From contig OZ024743.1 in the NCBI GenBank assembly GCA_964016885.1, positions 230,330,001 through 230,394,000 on the forward strand: a stretch of DNA of 64,000 bases, given 5' to 3'. Source of the stretch: Eledone cirrhosa (lineage: Eukaryota). Below the pieces are notes generated by a model. That model was not told where the DNA came from. It did not search any database and was given only the letters and a program-made list of their open reading frames with translations. Positions within the stretch are counted from its first letter, which is position 1. Every line of letters starts with the position of its first letter. Position numbers and translations under genes: made by a program. Positions 57,386 through 64,000 of this stretch are shown here, in pieces.

Positions 57386-57430
57386 GCTCAGATGACTCCA
57401 AACGATAGTTTGGAAGAAACGATTGTCAGC
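57386..57430 (+). ncRNA. Hammerhead-like motif with CAGATGA core variant
   Basis: gct-CAGATGA-c-tccaaac-gata-gtttgga-a-GAAA-cgattg-TC-agc. 7-bp stem II, GUC triplet, (TA)n ~45 bp downstream. Confidence 0.7.
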
Positions 57431-57473
57431 TATTAAGTGATTTGAACAAAACTTTAATAATTGTATAATTTAT

Positions 57474-57515
<42 letters not shown>

Positions 57516-57672
57516 TTTAGTACAGCATCAACGAAGCTTTTGGCAGCAGCCAACATAACGAATGCAGATTTAGTGTGCAGCTAAGCACTCAATGGAGAAT
57601 ATTACCCCAGAGTTATAATATTACGTTCAGACAGCTTTGCAAATCAAATACGGCGACCGCTAGTCGGGCCGC

Positions 57673-57686
57673 ATTGCCATAGCGAC
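57673..57686. promoter_or_regulatory. RFX X-box-like motif in a small CpG-rich patch
   Basis: attgccatagcgac is 2 mismatches from GTTGCCATAGCAAC; an ETS-like ccggaa lies at ~57727. Confidence 0.25.
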
Positions 57687-58055
57687 GAAAAAAATTGAAT
57701 TCAGAAAAAACTTTTGACTGACCTGGACCGGAACGTAGACATCAAATGCAACACATAACGTATAGCATACAATATATATCACATATAACATACAACATTT
57801 CCGCTAGGTTTCTGTAAATCCGAGACCGACAAATTCCACTTGCAGGTGTCTGCAAGTTAATGGCTTTTGACGACAGAACAAAGGAGTTTACTTCGTCAAC
57901 AAGTGTTTTGTTCTATTCCTCAACGGGTGTATTTTCTAGCAGTAAACTTCGCTAGAGATACGTGGTTTTCTGCATTTATACATATGCATACATACATACA
58001 CACATATATATATTTGTTTGTATGTATGCATATGTATAAATGCATACATAAGTAA

Positions 58056-58112
<57 letters not shown>

Positions 58113-58560
58113 TACACATCTATATATACTCTATTTGCTCATGTAATCATTTCCTCTTTTACGTTTTCCAGCCGATTGAATGAGGTCATGCTGGGGAACT
58201 ACTATTGTATACTTATATATATAAAGGGGTGGTGGAAGCATGTTTGAATGGGAGGGGGCAAATTTTGTCAGTTTGTTTGTGATGATTAGTTTAGCTCTTG
58301 GCATTCTAAAATGGTCGGAAAACTTCGATATGCGATAAACATAACATGCACATAAATTATATCCAGATAGATGTGTGTTTTGGTAATTTGGGGAGAAAAT
58401 ACAATTATTGGAGGGCGCATGTCCCCATTCCCGGTTCGACCGCCACGACATGTATATAATTATAAAAAATGATACTCTGAGCCCTATCTTAAGGGGGTTA
58501 ATATATAGAGCTTCATCGCATTTGGTAAGAAACTGGTATTATAACCAATTCATCTCCTGC

Positions 58561-58597
<37 letters not shown>

Positions 58598-58977
58598 GAA
58601 TGAGTTATTATGGCTATTTGTGAGCTGTGTTGACATCGGCGCGATTTGAACTCCGAGAGCAGTAAGCCGAAACGAATACCATAAAGAATTCTATCTGAGG
58701 TTCTAAAGACTCTGCCAATTCCCCTATGCATTGTATATATTTATATATTATGTAAATATAGTTGTGCATACACACACATGAGCTGACATCAACATATAGG
58801 GACCTTCATATGAGACGCATTAGTTACTAATGATTCGTACAAACATCTCGAATACCAACTAAATTTTCAAGAAATGTCAAGCAGAATATATTTAATTAAT
58901 AACTCATTTAGTTTAGTTAGGAGTGGGTGAGAGTTTTGAAGGATCGGTTTTCATAATCTACATTTTCTACCGCACCA

Positions 58978-59034
<57 letters not shown>

Positions 59035-59036
59035 TG

Positions 59037-59084
<48 letters not shown>

Positions 59085-59296
59085 AGGGGTATAAGTCAAC
59101 ATTTCATAATCTGATTAATTATATATATATATGATTATTCAATAGTGCAGTGGTTCACTGGCACGTTGCTAAATCAGAGTTTATATATTTAGAAACACAT
59201 GAGGAAGTTTCACATTAAGGATTTAATTGATTACAACCAAGTACAAGCGTTTCACAGATAAATGGCTCCAGGTACATTAGTGGGTTATAGTCATAC

Positions 59297-59386
<90 letters not shown>

Positions 59387-59454
59387 GGGGCGGAGTAAGG
59401 AAGAAAAGGGGCTGGAATGGGGGAGAAATGGTAGCGATAGGAGTTGATCTCTCA

Positions 59455-59542
<88 letters not shown>

Positions 59543-59546
<4 letters not shown>

Positions 59547-59733
59547 CGAAGGAAATGTGGTAAGGAACCAGGCGGACCATAACGCACCAAAGTACTCAAT
59601 ACTTAGGGTAGTAGAGTGGGTAATAGGAACGAGGAGGACCCCGACGGCTGACTCAAGCCGTGTCGACGGCTAATTTTGGTCCAGAATTAGTCGTCGAAAC
59701 GGCTTGAGCTCAGGCGTCGGGGTCCTACTCGTT

Positions 59734-59738
<5 letters not shown>
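59543..59738 (-). mobile_element. Second copy of the hairpin repeat (hairpin ~59623-59738)
   Basis: taggaacgag..ggaccccgacg..aagccgt.tcgacggctaatt / aattagtcgtcgaaacggctt..cgtcggggtcc..ctcgttccta; (TA)n on both sides. Confidence 0.8.
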
Positions 59739-59767
<29 letters not shown>

Positions 59768-60276
59768 TGGGGGGGGGGTATAAAAAAAAGGCAACGAGGT
59801 CAATAACTGTAGGAGAATATTACAATGAAGGCATATTTGTTTAAAGCATGATGAAGTTGGTAAAGAATCTTAACGTTTCGAATACTAGTCATTTAACGAA
59901 AAACAAAAGGAGAGGGACGAGATAATGTATTCGAGAAAGAAGAAAAGTAAGACTGGTCAAAGTAAAACTATGCTGTGAAAGGGTAGAGTGAAGGAAAGTT
60001 TATGTTGTTGCTAGCAATTTTGAAAAATCAGAATAAGCTTAGATTGTTAGGGATATCGAAATAAAGATAAGCATCAATGGAGGTGAGAAATATGCGTCTA
60101 TTGTGGTTTATGTATGATAGTTGCAGTGAGTTGGACCATGGGTTTATATGAGGGGTGTTGTGTTTCTTGCCAGAATGCACACGATCAAGTGTCCATACAC
60201 TTGTAAACTGCCTCTCTTCCAAACTATAGGTTCTCTGAAATAGAAAATTATATTATTATTATTATATATTATAATT

Positions 60277-60460
60277 AATTGTTTCTACTATTGGCAAAAG
60301 GCAAGCAATTACCCAGTACATTACATGGACTTTATTTTATCGACCCCGTAAGGATGAAAGGCAAAGTTAACCTCAACGGGATTTGAACTCAGAATGGCAA
60401 GGGGCGTAACTCTATGCGTCAAAACATGGCATCCTACCCTCTACCGATACTGCCAATCTA
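60277..60460 (-). mobile_element. tRNA-derived SINE
   Basis: Full-length reverse-complement family copy. Confidence 0.85.
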
Positions 60461-60637
60461 CCACCCTCAAAACAAAAAATAATAAAAGTTAAAACAATAT
60501 GTGACAAGGAGTGACACGTTTTTCAGACCACCCTGTATATGCGCATACAATCTTAATGTAAGCTCGATGATTACTGTATACGTATGCACACGCACGCATA
60601 CATATATTCATATACTGACGCTTGTTATGTTTTGTAG

Positions 60638-60860
60638 GACGACTACTCTGTCATCTGTAAGCAGTTCGCCACTAACGGTGTCACGGGTTTGATCCAAGGG
60701 ACCAAGGGGCGAGGACTGTAAGAGATGCTGCAATGCATCACGTACGACTCAATACACATATATCCAGCAACTGCCGGACTCTGATGGATCAACGCTTATA
60801 CGGAAGAGGGATGGAAGCAGGGTGGAATGGATATTCGGAATATATGCTACAAAGCATGTT
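60638..60860 (+). pseudogene. Possible RTE-clade LINE 3' coding relic
   Basis: Translation ..TGLIQGTKGRG resembles the RTE C-terminal GxIEGKRGRGRP motif. Confidence 0.35.
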
Positions 60861-60982
60861 AATCCAGTGCAACAACGGCCCCGCCAATTTGCACGTACGC
60901 ACATAAATATCAGTTAAGGTTTCAAAGAAGCAAAGAAAAACCGGCATGCATACATGCCTGTATATTACTCCCCCCGCCCCCC

Positions 60983-61031
<49 letters not shown>

Positions 61032-61114
61032 GTGTGTATATAAATATATATATACACTTATACATACATGTATGCATACACATATATATATATATATATA
61101 TGTATGTATGTGTG

Positions 61115-61179
<65 letters not shown>

Positions 61180-61499
61180 TTATATATTTGTGTGTGCTTA
61201 CATATTTTCAGTAAATCCCTATTTAATGAGTAAGCCCTCATTAAAATAGATTTAAATTAAGAATGTTTGATTAAATTCCACTAGTATCTAATGTTTCCAA
61301 AGCGAAAATGGATTAAGATTATAACCATTAGTTTGCGAATCAACAGCTTCGAAATGCATTACATGGAATGAAAATGTTCATGTCCTTGACTTTCTGTAGA
61401 AAGTGGTTGAGTGTTTTCGCGCTCTCTATATGATTACATGACCCTGTTTTGAGTTAACTGCCAAGATTTTAATGTAAATGATATTAGACATTATAAGTG

Positions 61500-62580
61500 C
61501 TAATTATATTTCCACATAGAAAACATTAGAGGAATGTTTAATTGACCAAAGTCTTTCATTCTTACGTCATTGTACCACTGCTAGAATGTTTTAACCACCG
61601 TTTGTGAAATACATTGGAGAAGCTTAACCGAAGTCAATATGCTTGCCTTTTTCAATGTAGTAACATTGGTAATACGCAAAGCATGTGTTTATATATTTAG
61701 AGGTTTAGGCTATCTGTAGAACGTGTGCTCCCTTATGCTATTTATGCATACCGTTCTCTTACATGAAATACCTTTTTTATATTAATTATACAGATTTTTA
61801 TGAAACATTGAACCTTTAAGGATCAGTAATGTGATTTTCACATTTGACTATTGCTTTGTTGGCCTTTATGGTAGCGCCTGCTCTTGTAATGCAGTCATCT
61901 GCCAAATATATTTTGTGTGACTACAGTAGTCATTCTTGATATTCAGCTCACTCATGTTTATGCTTGCATGAATTGAATATATATATGTAGGTATTATATA
62001 ATATAAATTACACCCTCGAAGTATTTTTCTCCTTTCAATGCAGTCGTTATAAATAATATCTGGCACACAATTTGCCAATGTGTTATCGAAGAATTTGGGC
62101 ACGTATCGAGAGTTTGACTAGAGAAGCACAAACGTGCGCGAACCTGAACCTGTATCCTTGACAGCTTCTGCCTAAAGCTAAACCACATAAATATTGTATG
62201 GGATAAAACTGGCTTCGGTGGCTCTTTGATTAGTTGGATCAATCAAAGCTTTTCTATAGGTTTGGATAGTATTACTTGCCAACTGTCCTTAGAGCGGTAG
62301 ATTTCGGTACCATATTTAGGAGAGGGATGGAACATTCTATCCTCTCTTATGTCATCTGTATGGACTATCAATTGTGCCACAGCCATGGGAAATAGAGTTG
62401 TTGAAACCAATCCATTTTGAATTGGGATTCGAGTAGCAGTCTTGGGACATGCGATTAATGTCATCGTAATGATATCGGACATCACGGATTCTGATACCAC
62501 TCTAATGAATATGAATTGTTGCAGGTTCTAATGCCCAAATCGGACAAATGGCCAGAGGTTCCAAGGCTTCCTTCAAATTA
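61500..62580 (-). pseudogene. Possible Ty3/gypsy pol (RT-RNase H) relic
   Basis: Minus frames give RIP..GLVSTTLF..IVHTDDI (YxDD-like), PIEKL*LIQ..EPP (thumb-like) and, further downstream, YYIEK..IDFG (RNase H EKE..FG-like), in the expected order. Confidence 0.4.
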
Positions 62581-62669
62581 AAGTATTAAAGTATCTATGA
62601 CTACTCTCTCAATTCTTGCTGCTGCTAACAAGACTGTTTTTATTTCTGTACCGATATTATTATTAAGGT

Positions 62670-62795
62670 GGATTGGCAGTATCGGTAAAGCGTCGGATAC
62701 GCTGCTTCACAACATAGAGTTCCGTTACGTTCTGAGTCCAAATCCGGCCGAGGTTAACTTTGCCTTTCATCCTTTCGGGATCGATAAAATATAGT
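62670..62795 (+). mobile_element. tRNA-derived SINE, 3'-truncated
   Basis: ggattggcagtatcggta...gccgaggttaactttgcctttcatcctttcggga. Confidence 0.8.
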
Positions 62796-63378
62796 GCCCA
62801 AATCGTTAAACATTCGGATGTGATGCTTTGCCTTGTTTAATCTGGCACTATGTGTGTTCTGAGAGGAAGTCCCACGCCCTTTTTCGAAGAGTTATAACTG
62901 GCATATAATATGAGATTGCAATAGACGGTTGGAAAAAGCTATGATGTAGTTAAGAAGTCGGCAATGCTTCATCTGACCATGAGAGAGAGACAAAACACTT
63001 TAATGAGAATCAGGTGCAGCTATGACCACTCCAAATTTGCAGTATTTAATTTTTATTATATGGCGGCGTATCGGCAGAGGCGCAAGGGACTCGGATTAAA
63101 AATGCTTCGGCAATTGCTCCAGCTCCCACCACTCTGAGTTCAAATCACACTGAAATCACGTTTGCATTTTCTCATTTCAAAGTTGACAAAAACGTAGCAG
63201 TCCAGTGCTGGGCCCAATTTTACATCATTCTTTTTCTCTCTAAGAAATCAGCTGTGTTCAGACATGGAAAGGGATGGGATCCACCAGTTTTAAAATGCCG
63301 CGTTATAAGACGGCGTACTTGCGACACACTCAGGAGTGAAAAGACGAAGAAAGAATTTGTATTATATTAATATACAGG

Positions 63379-63560
63379 GATTGGCAGTATCGGTAGAAGG
63401 GCGGACGCTATGCTTTGCAGCATAGAGTGAAGACCCTTTATGATCTGAATTCAAATCCCACCGAGGTTAACTTTGCCTTTCATCCTTACGGGGTCGATAA
63501 AATAAAGTACCAGTTATGCACTGGGATAATTGCTGGCCTTGTGCCAAAACAGAAACAATT
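63379..63560 (+). mobile_element. tRNA-derived SINE with 18-bp target-site duplication
   Basis: attatattaatatacagg at 63361-63378 and 63558-63575. Confidence 0.92.
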
Positions 63561-63618
63561 ATATTAATATACAGGTTAATGATATCATTTTATTATCTTA
63601 TCTGTATATAAGAGCGAT

Positions 63619-63800
63619 GGATAGGCAGTATCGGTAGAGTGTCGGAAAAGTTACGGCCCTTTACACTCTGAGTTCAAATCCCACCCAAGTTAGCTTTGCC
63701 TTTCATGCTTACGAGGTTGATGAAATAAAGTACTGGAGTCGATTTAATCGACTTACCTTCCCTCAAAATTGTTGGTCTTGTGCCTAAATCAGAAACCATT
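63619..63800 (+). mobile_element. tRNA-derived SINE
   Basis: ggcagtatcggtagag...gagttcaaatccc...gcctttcat...ttgtgcctaaatcagaaacc. Confidence 0.8.
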
Positions 63801-64000
63801 ATTATAGCATTATATGATATATATCTTATAACGTATTATGAATGTCTAAAGATATAATTCTCACTTTGGTAGCGACAGTTCTAGTGTTCATGTCCCAAGA
63901 AGAACCTTATATATCAGTTTTCAGACAGTAAAAGAATGAAATCATATAGGAACACTTTGAAAGGAAGTCTTTGTTGACAAAGGTAGAATTTTGGTGAAAT

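Noticed and set aside
59863-59905. GAAACGTTAAGA motif similar to the 14502 hammerhead (minus strand)
   Set aside because: The CUGANGA box is unrecognisable; at most a dead relic.

Overview
AT-rich eukaryotic (animal) DNA packed with (TA)n/(CA)n/(GA)n microsatellites. The SINE repertoire suggests a cephalopod, probably an octopus; this is inferred from recalled repeat families, not from a database search. No host protein-coding exon can be called with confidence, and most ORFs in the supplied track are microsatellite artefacts. The window is a graveyard of transposons. It holds one decayed autonomous-type Helitron (~8.25-13.75 kb) whose Rep/Pif1 gene has a spliceosomal intron, three non-autonomous Helitrons, three Penelope-like retroelements (PLEs; RT + GIY-YIG) of clearly different lineages plus further PLE fragments, many tRNA-derived SINEs, and faint gypsy/RTE/mariner/pogo relics. 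The most striking hidden layer is RNA structure. About 17 type-I hammerhead-ribozyme (HHR) motifs, 10 with an intact core and the rest variant or degenerate, sit in PLE 3' ends or ORF-less PLE-like pieces, almost all next to (TA)n tracts and often as head-to-head inverted pairs. Two unrelated families carry the non-canonical core CAGANGA instead of CUGANGA. A ~190-bp element with a long fold-back hairpin occurs twice. All alignments and folds were done by eye; coordinates of degenerate features are approximate.
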